Shown: one piece after another, positions 23,801 to 34,991 of the stretch
How the letters are laid out: each line of letters starts with the position of its first letter
Position numbering within the stretch: the first letter of the stretch is position 1
NCBI GenBank assembly: GCA_030390025.1
Contig: CM059432.1
Span: 58,530,001 to 58,594,000, forward strand
Source: Squalus acanthias
Lineage: Eukaryota
Direction: 5' to 3'
Length of the DNA stretch: 64,000 nucleotides
Notes under the pieces: generated by a model
Told to the model about the DNA's origin: nothing
The model's database searches: none
Seen by the model: the letters and a program-made list of their open reading frames with translations, nothing else
Position numbers and translations under genes: made by a program

Positions 23801-24512
23801 TGTATCTGATGGGCCCTGTAATCGGTTTTGATGGGGCCTGTATTTTGGGTGGGACTGCTCTTCCCCTGGGTCTATTGTTCAAATGTTAATGTCTGCTGGG
23901 GCTTGAGTGAGGTCATCCTGGATCCCCAGACAATGCAATTAACTGCAATAACCAAACTACTTTTACAGAGGTCGAGCCCACCTCCTTGTCCCTTTACAGG
24001 CCCAGACATGTTTTTAAAATGCCAAAACTTGGTTATTGGTCTTAAATTCCTTAGGTTAGGCCCAAATGCAATTTTATCACTCTGAGGTAGTTCTAAATTC
24101 CTTTTTCCTTAGGTTTTGGGGGTCTGCAAATTTTGGAAACCTTACAACAGCACCTCAGCTTTCAAATAAGAACTTTATAGCCTTCTGGACTCATTATTGA
24201 TTTCAACAATTCCAGATCATAATCACTGCTCCCAATTTTTTGGACAGCAGGTGTTGGTAATAGTTCTGCTGTTACTATTTACAGCTCCTCCAGACCCATC
24301 TTTTTCTGATTTACTTGTCCCATTACCATCCCCTTGCACCATCATCCCTTTAGTCATTTAGTCACTCCTGCCTTTCACCCTATTACAGACCTTGCATTTC
24401 GTTCTTTCCTCCAACCTCTGCCCCAGACCCTTTCCCTGCCTCTGTACTTGCTTAAAAACTGTTACATCTCTAACTTTTTCCAGTTCTGGCAAAAGGTCAT
24501 CAACCTGAACCA
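20814..24512 (+). mobile_element. Older degraded Penelope-like element (interrupted by an LTR-like insertion)
   Basis: Colinear with 17660-19810, many frameshifts; decayed hammerhead at ~24482-24512. Confidence 0.92.
22514..24146 (-). mobile_element. Probable solo LTR (1633 bp) of an LTR retrotransposon/ERV
   Basis: TGTAGG...CCTTACA ends; 4-bp TSD ACAG (22510-13 / 24147-50); minus-strand AATAAA at ~22664; internal tandem duplication 23455-23645. Confidence 0.8.
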
Positions 24513-24513
24513 T

Positions 24514-25716
24514 TGGCCCCAATATTAGCTTGGAGGTGGGGAGGGAGCAGGGGTGGGGGGCTGCTGGTGTCCGGTCGGTCCTTCAGGTCCTGTTGAATTT
24601 AATGGCAGGACCTGATTAACATTTCTTGTCTATGTTTTCCAGCCGCAGTCAGTCAGATTGAGAAGCCACAGCTGGAGAGCGGAGAGGAGGGAGAGAGGGA
24701 TCAGAAAGCCGGAAGGAGGGGAGATCAAAGGCCTGTAGGGGAGATCGGAAGCGTCAGGGAGAAGATCGGAAGGTTGGGGGGATATTGGAAGGTCCAGGGA
24801 GCAGATCGACAGGGATGGGGGGGTCAGAAGGGTCGGGGGGAGATTGGAAAGGTTGTGGGGAGGGGGAGATCAGTACGGTCGGGGAGATTGGCAGGGTCGG
24901 AAGGGGAGATCAGTAGGGTCGGGGGGTGATTGAAAGCCGCAGCCGGGAAGTGCAGAGGAGGGAGAGAGGGAATCGGAAAGTCTAGTGGGAGAGGTGGGAG
25001 ATCGTGGCTCGGGGGGCAAGTCCAGTTGCGGGGGGCTGGCAGAAGTGGGTAAGCTGGACCCAGCAGTCCTTGCTTCCCTTTAGCTGCTGGGTTTCCCGAT
25101 GTCTACATGTCTGGCTTTTCCCGCGATATCCGACCCCTCCCGCCCTGTCCGACCCCTTCCCCCCCCGTCCGACCCCTCCCCCCCCGTCCGACCCTCCCCC
25201 CCCGTCCGACCCCTCCCCCGCCCTGTCCGACCCCTCCCCCCCCGACCCTGCCCCCCCGTCCGACCCCTCCCCCGCCCTGTCCGACCCCTCCCCCGCCCTG
25301 TCCGACCCCTCCCCCGCCCTGTCCGACCCCTCCCCGCCATGTCCGACCCCTCCCCCGCCCTGTCCGACCCCTCCCCCACCCTGTCCGACCATCCCCCGCC
25401 CTGTCAGACCCCTCCCCCGCCCTGTCCGACCCCTCCCCCGCCCTGTCCGACCCCTCCCCCGCCCTGTCCGACCCCTCCCCCACCCTGTCCGACCCCTCCC
25501 CCGCCCTGTCCGACCCCTCCCCCGCCCTGTCTGACCCTCCCCCGCCCTGTCCGACCCCTCCCCCGCCCTGTCTGACCCCTCCCCCGCCCTGTCTGACCCC
25601 TCCCCCGCAATGCCCGACCTCTCCCTGCGATGATTTTAAAGATGTTCTACTGTCGAATTCGGCAGGACATGTGGGAAACCCTTACTTTGGGTTGCCCATC
25701 CGAAAATCTTCACCCC
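24514..25716. mobile_element. Probable Harbinger-type non-autonomous element with G-rich and C-rich repeat arms
   Basis: GG-start / CC-end weak TIRs (GGCCCCAATATT / AATCTTCACCCC); G-rich arm 24680-25040 followed by C-rich arm. Confidence 0.5.
25128..25620. repeat. 21-bp C-rich minisatellite (CCCTGTCCGACCCCTCCCCCG)n
   Basis: Directly visible; G-run rich on the minus strand. Confidence 0.96.
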
Positions 25717-26384
25717 GTCTCTGAGTAAATATCAGGAGCTACCTGTTTGGGTTTTTGGTGACAATCCAGCAGATTTTTGCCAGAGCCAGCCCACAAATTA
25801 CCAAACTTATTGAATTTAATTTTTCCAATTCCCCATGTTGGGATTTGAGTGCATAAGTTATGGGTTACTAGTCCAATAACATAGCCATTACACTACTGTA
25901 CCCAGCGCACACAGAAATTCTTCCCCAAATAACATTTCTGCCACTAATGTTGTGGCATATAAATCAGTAGTTTCCCAATTTCAGATATTTGTAACTATAC
26001 ATAGCAATTTTCATATTCTTTTTGAATTATACCACATTTCTAATGAAGCTTATCTTCAGTTTCACAAAGTGAAAATCTTAATGTGCTGAGGCACAAAGTG
26101 TGGACATGTTATTGGCAGGGCAATAACACATAAGACCAGATTTGATAAATACAATATGCATAGTAGTTGCAATTTGTAATCAAGATCAGTTCATGCACAT
26201 TATCGATAAAGGTAACAGTTTTTCTTCTTCTCCTCAATAATTTTTGTATATTAAATGTTATTGTGACCTAGATTTTATTTTCCTTTTCTCCTCCTCATTA
26301 TTTTGGGGTTGAATTTCAGTATGGGAGTGCCTTTCTCCTAATGATCCATCTTCTACTAAACTCTCCATTTCTTTTTTATTTTTC

Positions 26385-26640
26385 TGAGAGCTGGAACTAG
26401 ATATCACAGGGTTTAAAATGAACAAGTCTTCAGTAAGATTAGAGATCAGGAAGCTTCTTTTTCTCACCGAGGAATGACTATCTGGAACAGGCTCCCAGTA
26501 AAAGTAATTGAGGCTGTGTCAATTACCTCCTTCAAAATGGAGCTGATAAGCATCTGGTTGAGAATGGGACTTGACTGTTATAAGAATAGATACAGACTGA
26601 GATGATCAGTGGCCCTTTGCTGCTTGAGCTGAACGATGGG
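26385..26640 (+). mobile_element. Ancient CR1 3'-end relic
   Basis: RLEIRK..F..R...IWNRLPVKVIEAVSITSFKMEL. Confidence 0.6.
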
Positions 26641-26855
26641 AGGGCAGCAAGGATATTGTTTCTGGAGGACACCAGGCCAGGGATGAATAGTGAAGGTCTG
26701 AAGATAGATGAATACCCTGCAGTCTTGTTAGATTACCTTTGGTATCAGTGAAGTTTTATGCAGAAGTTTCCTTCAGGATAACAAATGGGTGTGGCAAGTC
26801 CATAATAGGGCAGATTGTAGAGGGTGTGTGGAAGCTATGAGCTTGATGCGATGTT

Positions 26856-27615
26856 GGGGCTGAATTTGCGGTCGGAGACTTCCCGGACGGATGCCTCCAA
26901 CCAGCAAAAAATCTACGAACTTACCTGATGGTCCCGGAGGTTCGGACACTTGCACTCCTGGACCTCTACGTGTAGGCCTGCATAGAGGCCCATGTATCCC
27001 AGGGGCGCAGGTGGTTCTCAAACACCCCTGGGATCACGTGGGCCGGCCCAACCAATCAAAGAAGGGGAATCCCCATTCATACTTATGGAGATTCCGTTTG
27101 TACAGAATCCCCATAAGCATGAATGGGGATGACATTAAAAATAGATTTAACATAACAAATAAATAAAAAAATTACATATTTAAAATTAATTAAAATACAA
27201 TATAATTAAACATTTAAAAAACCAAAAAAAAAATTTTGAAGAATAAATTACATATGTTAAATGGTCTAAAAATAAATTTACCTTTGTACATGTGTTTTAA
27301 TGTTTAAAGGAATAAAAATATTTTATTTTTATGTTTTTTTAAATTCTTACGCTGGTAAAAGCAGGCCTTATGCCTGTTTTTACCAGCGTAAGAATTCACG
27401 GACATTCACTGGGCAGAAGTTGGGCAAGTAGCGCAACTCTCCGCCCACGGAGGCCCTTCTCCTGAGGAGGCATGCGATCTGTCAAGATGATTCTTGACAG
27501 ATTGCAAGTTTTGGGTTTTAGCGCATGTGCTTCGCATGCTAAACCTGGAACTTGCGCGGCCCCTACAGGCATTGCGCACCTCGTACACAGCCGTAGGGGC
27601 CGCAAATTACGGCCC
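26856..27615. mobile_element. Harbinger-type MITE M6 (distant relative of M1-M5)
   Basis: TIRs GGGGCTGAATTTGCGG / CCGCAAATTACGGCCC; shares gtatcccaggggcgcag...cccctgggatcacgtgg, central hairpin and AT-rich core. Confidence 0.85.
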
Positions 27616-28169
27616 AATGTTTTTTTTTTCTCACTTTTAACTCCACACTTCTGGTGGAGAACTTAGCCTGCAGGTAACACATCAGAAAGTTGGGCACACC
27701 GCAGTAATGCCAACCCCACCATCTCATAAATCATAAGACAAACTCTTAAAAATCATGAGATTTGGTAAGAAATCATGAGTTTCTATTCTTTCCCGACCCG
27801 ACCCGACCCCTCGTTGACCTTTCCTCCCGGGCAGGAAGCACACTCCGCAACCTTTGCTCCCGGACAGGAAGCGCATTCAGCCGTCACTAAAGACATTTTG
27901 GCCTGTCACGATAAAAGTTGACATTTTTCCCCGGCACAATCTTCTTCCACAACCATTCCACAGCCAATGCAAGAGACCAGCTCAGTCATCCACTCATGCT
28001 ACACCAGCTAACTGTCAAATTGTACACTAGAGTGAACCAATTCTCCCTTTCAGCTTCACATACCACCTTATATAGCTCATTTTAGGGAACAATTGTTTCA
28101 ATGTGTTTTACAGGAGATCTGGGAATGTTGGGCAAGAAACAAGAGAGAAGTCATAATAAGTGATCAAAG

Positions 28170-28480
28170 GCAAAGTCAGTGCTGGGTTGAGGCTTTTGAA
28201 AGTGCTTAAATAGGCAATGAAGTAGAAGAGTTTAGGGAGAGAATCCCAGAGAATAGTGGCATGATGGCTGAACGCTCTGCCACTGATGGTAGTGTAGAGT
28301 GGGACAACACACAGCAGGCTAAAGTGAGAAGAGCAGAAGGTGAATTCTGGAAGGAAGAGCTGTTGGAGATTGCAGGGGTAGCATGGAACAGAGCCATGGG
28401 AAGAACTGTAAAGGAAAACAATTTTTAAATTGTGCTGGAGGTTAGGGAGCCAATGCAGGTCGACAAGAAAAGGAGTGAAT
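28170..28480 (-). mobile_element. Degraded L2 LINE fragment
   Basis: Similar to the L2 at 57560-57900 (tttagggagagaat.ccag..., gggagccaatgcaggtc). Confidence 0.6.
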
Positions 28481-28759
28481 GCATCCTTAACTGTGGTAAC
28501 ACAAACCTGGAAAAATAAAATTTGAAGTAATTCTTAAGAATAGAAATGGCAAATTGAAATAACACAATCCATTTTTAAAAATGTAATAACACAATGTATG
28601 GTGCTCCTTTAAAAATCCTGAGGCTGATACTTATAAATAAAAAAAAGGGTGAAAGTCTCAGCATAGATGAAGCGAAACAAGTACTGCGTCTGATACATAC
28701 GTCAACTAGAGGCCTACACCCTCTGGCTTGGCAAGAATGCAATTCTGCCTATTACTTAC

Positions 28760-28913
28760 CACTGTCAACATTAAAATGCTCATGTCTGGCTTTCAGGACA
28801 TCTATGTTCGCCTCTTTGTCGGTGATGAGTTTCTTAAGCTTGGTCACAGTGTTTTTGGGAAGTTTGGCAAGTTCAGCCCGATCCAGCAGCTGCTGCAACA
28901 CAGCCGCCGGCAT
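28760..28913 (-). CDS. TPR: Nucleoprotein TPR-like coding exon 1 (MPAAVLQQLLDRAELAKLPK...RHEHFNVDS); orphan/captured copy
   Basis: 28/50 identical to the human TPR N-terminus as recalled ([29 protein letters not shown]...RHEKFKVES); open 154-nt exon ending in phase-1 donor G|gtaagt; no TPR exon 2 recognised downstream in the window. Confidence 0.85.
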
Positions 28914-29130
28914 GTTACTGTCTGCGTCTGCAACACCACTCCGTCCGCACTTGGTAAACACGCACAAGTGACAAGCCGCGCAGCGCCCTCTGGAAGTTAA
29001 TAGTCCTGTGCAGGTTTAGTTTCCTTTCTTTAAACAGAATAAACTACATATCCCAGCATGCCCAGCCAGTTGGGCTCCTCCGCATAGTGTGTGGCGGAGC
29101 ACGCACTTCGGTTTGCTCAGCGTGTCAACA
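28914..29130. promoter_or_regulatory. CpG-rich promoter with ZNF143(Staf)/THAP11-type motif and ETS-like sites
   Basis: ACTACATATCCCAGCATGC at 29043-29061; CTGGAAGT ~28990; CACTTCGG ~29104; locally retained CpGs. Confidence 0.75.
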
Positions 29131-29518
29131 ACATTTCAGACAAAGTTTAAAATCTTGAGTTTTCGGCGGTGAACCACGAGATCGCGAGTTAGGCTGAATT
29201 TTCATTACAAATCACGTGTCCCGCGATTAAATCGCGCGAGTTGCCATTACTGACACCGCTGTGCATGATTTTTTCAATTTTAAGTCATGTACAGCACGTG
29301 CTCAAATTTCTGATATGCAATGCTTGTGGGAAAGTCTCCCTGCTGGGAGTATGGAGTGATTTAATATTCTCATAAAACAATATGGGCCAGCAAATTGAAG
29401 TCAACCAATCTCCTCTGTCAGCAGGAGATCTTTTACCTTATTTTATTAAGTACGATTTTTTTTTTGAGTTTCATTATGCGCCTTCACATGGTGACAACAT
29501 AATTTTTTGATACTCTTA

Positions 29519-31640
29519 GGCCTAGAAATTCGAGTACAACACAAAGCTGCCGGTGCCACGACTGCCGAAAATGGTGGCGCCGGTAGGAGTGAAAAATTCA
29601 CACTGGGTACAACTGATTAGTAGCCCAACGCTAAACTCATGGTGTAACGTCGTTCTGGTGGCGTTATTCCCAGCATCAGTCCCGAATGTGGCGTCCAGAA
29701 GCGGCATTGCATCTTCCAACAGCCTCTGGAAGTGAGGCTATGATTTTGCTAGGCATTGTGGGCTATTAAAAGGGCAATGCATTGTTGTTTGCTTAAAAGG
29801 GCAATGCCTTCTGAACTGATAAAAATAAAAATGAAGGGAAAAAATGCAGTTTTCAGGCCTTACAGCTCTACTGCATTGAAAAAAAAATTAACATTTGAAA
29901 AAAATTACCAACTGGGAGCCTTCAACTCTTAAAGCTGAATTCTGTTCCGCACCTAAAAAAATGGGAAAAGTGCTTCAGCACTAACACAAATGGCTTAGCA
30001 AGCCAGGGAAGGGGCACCCAGGGTCTCACACGCAGCACTCCAGCTTTGTGCAGGGGGTCAACACTGCAAGAGAGGCCCTCCAGAAGGAACAATGGGGGAC
30101 CAGATCACCGAGGCCGTCACTGCCAGCAGTGTCATCCCCACCCCCTGGCTCCAGTGCCCAAAGAAGCTTCATGACCTCAGATCACTGGTCAAGGTCAGTG
30201 AATGTATCTTCAAAAGCCGTCTCCTACCAACTGCATCACTAGCCTCACATACTCCACAATGCACGACTCCACCTCCCCCCCATGCCCCCGTCAATCACTC
30301 ACCTACCAACAATCTCTACCGATCACAAGGCACATCTCCCATTCCTAGCTTCACCTCACCCCCTTGGAGAAGACGGTGCTGGCTATTCTTGGCAGGGCCA
30401 TGGCTGAGCCCTTGGCCAGCGGCGGGGCTGAAAGGATAAAAGATGCTGGTATCCTCATACGTTATCCTCCTTCTCGCAAGCACCTCTTGCTTTCCCACCC
30501 TCACCTCACCACAACTCCATCCTTGTGCCTTCCTCATTTCACACACCAAGAAATCCAGCCTGCCCAGTCAGTGGTTGACCAAGAAGAGGGAGAGGAGAGT
30601 GAAAAGAAGAAACACCGTCACTCGATTTCACAATCCCAGCCACCAGCTCCTCAAGGTCGACTAGCAAGGCCATTTGCAGTGTCCCCCACTGAAAGTCAGC
30701 AGCCTTTCACCAGCCATGCTGCAGCCACTGGGGTAGCACTGCGTGACATCAGTAGGATAGGCAAAAGTACACACAAGACAGTCACTAAGGGAATGCATAA
30801 GGGGAATGAGTTGATTTCTTGATATCATATTGGATGGATAGATGTATAAAGTTGGATTGGAAAGTTTGCTTTGTGATGGCTTTTATTTCAGCATTGTGGC
30901 CAAGAGGACGCTGTGATGGTCAGTAACAGATGGAAGGTAAGGTGTGCGACAAATGTTGAAAGGGGAATTGGGGTTGTGGTCACTGGTACTGCAGGTGGAT
31001 GATTCCATCCCGGATATCTCAGCCACAAAGGGGCTGTCTGGGTTGCATCCTTCCTTCTGCTTCCTCTTCTGCATCTTCATCTTCCCTCTGCGAGCAGATG
31101 CTGTAAATCTGAAATAAAAGCAGAAAATGCTGGAAATACTCAGCAGGTCAGGCAGCATCTTGACCTGAGACATGAACTCTGTTTCTCTCTCCACAGATGT
31201 TGCCTGAGTATTTACTGCATTTTCTGTCTTTTCAGAGGACTTCCTTTATCATCCGAGGCCTTGCAAGCGTCCAGCAGCACACCCTGCACCATTAAAAACT
31301 TTTAACATGTATTGCAGCAAGCCACTACTTCAATAAAATAAAAAAAAATCCAGTCCAAAAGCTTAAATGTAAACTTACCTGAAAGATGTGTGTGTCCCTT
31401 TAAGAGATGCTGACAGCCTCTCTGTCAGTCTGCTGAACGCTGGGTTTTCATGGCGCGTTTATGACCCAGCGCTGAACTCAGCGCTAATGTCCAAGTTCAC
31501 CGAGGTGACGTTAAGTCGGCGTGCACGTCACCCTCTCCCTAATTTAAATTTCCACCCAATCGCTTTTACCGGCAGCGCTGCCAGCCCTCGGAAAATGGCA
31601 GACGGCGCGGGACCCGCCACCAGCTGGCGAAAGAGCCATT
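29519..31640. mobile_element. Non-autonomous Harbinger derivative D2
   Basis: TTA|GGCCTAGAAATT left end; colinear with D1 including the embedded Penelope pLTR fragment. Confidence 0.85.
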
Positions 31641-33149
31641 AGGATTTTTCTCTGTTCATTTATTTGTGCCATTGGGTTTCATTGTTTTTCCTTATGCTTC
31701 AAATTTTTGACTTCAATTCCACTATTTCAGATATGTGGGATAGCAAATGGTGGGACTGGGAATATCGATATTAAAGCCATGTCGAGAAGAATACAGTTGT
31801 CTCCCAATGCCTGTGTCATTTTTATTATCCAAAAGTGTGTCTGTATAAAACAAGAGTTGCCTGAAATGTGAAAAATAGGAATAAATCACAGAAAAGTAAG
31901 TAAATGTAAGAAGGAACGTAGAGTGCTTGCATGTATCTGTACATTTCATCCCCGCGGTAATATTATACAAATTTTCCATTCTATAAAAGCTGACTAATTG
32001 AAAGTTAGTGGAACTTCCCTATTGATTCCTTTCATAATTTTTATAGCGTAATGTCTCTGCAGAACAATTTGGGAAAGATCCAGATGGCAGTATAAGGATA
32101 GGATTTGAGTGTACCTTATTACCCAGTCTGATTAATCTTTCCACAGAAGAGTGATATTGAAATTACTGTCATGGCCAAAGGCAAGTAAGACGGTGAAGGC
32201 TTGTCAGAAATGACTCATTCGGCAGCATATGATGAAATAAACCTTTTAGACAAAATCACGTACATATTACTGGTTTACCTACAGCAGTCCTGCAATCCTA
32301 CGCTATTAACCCAATATGCTGGTGCTGGCTCTGGTTTTCATATATTCCCCGAATGTTTTGTTAATCACGGAATATTTCAAGTTCAGTACATAGATAAATT
32401 ATGCATGAGTATAGAAATGTCTCTTGACAATATTAGTGAAAGATGCTTAATGCGAGCCTAGGAGATCCCTTTCCTCACTCTAACCATTTAAAATATGTTA
32501 ACCATTTAAAATAAATGGGTTAATGCTTGTGTTAAAATAATGGATAAAGAAATGTGATATCTACATATTAAATGTCCAACCATTAATAATGCCAACAGTC
32601 ATTTCTACACTTTAACCATAAATCAAACCAAGAAATAAGAAAATGCTGTGTTTTTAAGAATAATATTTTACCTTGATTAGCCCACAAGTAATTAGTATCA
32701 TCTAGGAGTATATATTTCACAATTTGTTTAATTTTTTGAAAAAGCAGATGTGAGTAAAGAGTAACGGTGTGTCAGTTGAAAGCAGCAACGGACTATTTAT
32801 CTAAACATAGCACTGCTCAAACCATTCTTACCCCTTCAAACATTGAAAGCATTTGTGAAAATCAATCAAAGCTGATTTATACTTGTTAAGGCCTTGATAA
32901 AAGTCAGTTATGAAAAACTCATGCAACAGTGGAAGGCAATTTAAAACTAACCCAGGGAATTTCCCCATAAAATAGGATTTTTGACGATCTTCGCCAAAGT
33001 TATGGCAGCCAATCAGAAGAACCACCGAGGAAATTCCTGGCTTTTAGTCTTTAGATCAAGATCAACCTTTGCATTCATGAGCTTAAATAAGGAGAACATT
33101 TTGATGTACCTTACAAAATGATAGAAGTGAATAGGACGGAAGATTTTAC

Positions 33150-34395
33150 TGTCCAAATGCAAGCCTGTAACAGCCATAGGCGGATATATCACAGAGGAGG
33201 AAAAGGAGAGGAGAAGCAGAGAGTGGCCCAAGGGCACAGGAGGCACAGGAGGCATATGGCATGCAGCGGATTCTACCCAGGTAGCGAGTGTACAAGTCAG
33301 TATCTGGTCAAGACAGAGGGACAGTGCATGAATAGGCTCAGACTTAACAGGGAGCCTGTGACTGTGGTATGCCATTTGGTTCAAGAGGACCTGCGGAAAG
33401 AGTCAACTACATGCGCTGTATTACTAGGCCCTCAATATTTATGCCACAAGGTCCTTCCAGGCACCCATAAGAGCTTTTCTGTGTATTGCTTCATTATGCC
33501 CATCTACATATGCTTCAGCAACCAGCACCCAAATCAGTTAAAATATATTCCAAATTACTGCCTTCCCAACTATACAGGGCATTGTTAACTGTATAATACA
33601 TGGAACCACATATGCACCCACCATCAACTCAATGGCATACCTACATAGGAAAGGATATTATTCCATGCAAATGGTATATGACCCCCACCATAAAACAATG
33701 CACATACATGTGGATTTACTTTATTAAAGCATCAGTTGTTCAAAAGTAAATGAGAACACACTGCCTCCCTAACAGCACTATGGGAGTACCTTCACCACAG
33801 GGACTGCAGCAGTTCAGGAAGGCGGCTCACCACCACCTTCTCAAGGGCAATTAGGGATGGGCAATAAATGCTGGCCTTGCCAGCGATGGTCACATCCCAG
33901 GAACGAATAAAGAACTATCTACAGTTCTCTGCAGAAACAACTAGCAAACATCTGTTCTGTCAGTGTAAGCATCTCCTATAGAGAGCATTTAATAGGCCAG
34001 GAAAGCTTTTGGGGGACCGCATTCATATGCTGTATCCATGGGGGCATAACATCACTGCGGTATCCAAGGACCAGAGCTTAGGTGAGTCTCAACATGACAC
34101 ATGCATCGCAAGGGTCACAGTGGAACACACCTCCAGCATACTGAAACAGTTGCTTAGAACAATCGGGGAATTCTACAGTACAGCCAAGTGAGGTTGTAAG
34201 ATTACTGTCGCACGCTGTATCCAACCCAAATTGCAGTGAAAAGGGACCTAATTATGGAGACTCTGGAAGAAGGGAGCAGCAAGAAGCTGAAGAAGATGAG
34301 ATTGATCATGATAATGATGAATTGCCTGTTGAGCAAGCTGCTCAGACTGCTGCAGTCATCAGACAGGATCTAATTGTCCTAAGCTTTCACTAATA
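33150..34395 (+). pseudogene. Ancient HARBI1-like transposase relic
   Basis: TEGQCMNRLRLNREPVTVVCHLVQEDL; LGD; ARVTVEHTSSILKQ; acidic tail then rqdli..sf*. Confidence 0.7.
33765..33912 (+). mobile_element. LINE 3' tail (same family as 36274-37224)
   Basis: aaggcggctcaccaccaccttctcaagggcaattagggatgggcaataaatgc. Confidence 0.85.
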
Positions 34396-34991
34396 GCCTT
34401 TCCATAACAATCCATAACACTCCTCTCCACATGTGCCCAATCCCCATGGCCAAATACAGTTTTTCCCTCATTAAATCCAGCTGCACAGCTGCATTTACCT
34501 CAATTCTGTCCAGCAACCTGAATCAGCCAAATACTAAAAGAACTGTCAAGGCACATTTTAATATCAGCAAATGCAACTTTAAGTGCCCTTCATAGTGTAT
34601 GGTGCTGCTGTATTCAGCAGCCTAGAAATTGGATAAGGCCCGAAAACGGGCACAGACAGTGCGAAGCGCGATGTGACGGCGCCCGTTCAAAGTGGTCCAG
34701 GCAGCACACAAAATTCGTGCTGCCTGCTCATTATAATGATTGCAGCACTGATCTCAGCGCTAAACGCACTGCTGATTGGCTCAGCGCTGAACAGGGGGGC
34801 CAATATCGGGTGCAGGTTACTGACCAATAAAGCTTGGCTTAGGCTCTCTGTACTACTTAAAGAGGAAGTGCTTTAATGCAGAAGCACCTCATTGTCATTG
34901 TGAACAGAGCCATGGCCCATAAGCCAATAGAGAGGGTGAGGAGATTTTCCGCTTCAGCACTGGAGGCCTTGGTCCTGGGGGGTTCAAAGAC

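Larger units (their letters stand above)
27702..29252. mobile_element. hAT-like DNA transposon with 6-bp TSD carrying a captured TPR promoter and exon 1
   Basis: TIRs CAGTAATGCCAAC / GTTGCCATTACTG (12/13 match); TSD ACACCG (27696-27701 / 29253-29258); subterminal AAATCATGAG / ATCGCGAG-type repeats at both ends. Confidence 0.85.

Noticed and set aside
7772..25620. CRISPR-like interpretation of the tandem arrays
   Set aside because: No unique spacers, no cas genes, eukaryotic context
24982..25724. Pro/Gly/Arg-rich ORFs in many frames
   Set aside because: Translations of the 21-bp minisatellite
26258..26467. 69-aa charged minus-strand ORF
   Set aside because: Overlaps an antisense CR1 relic; no splice sites or homology
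1..28759. Downstream TPR exons (EQQYFEIEKRL-like exon 2)
   Set aside because: No match found by eye in the unique segments; cannot exclude an exon beyond the window
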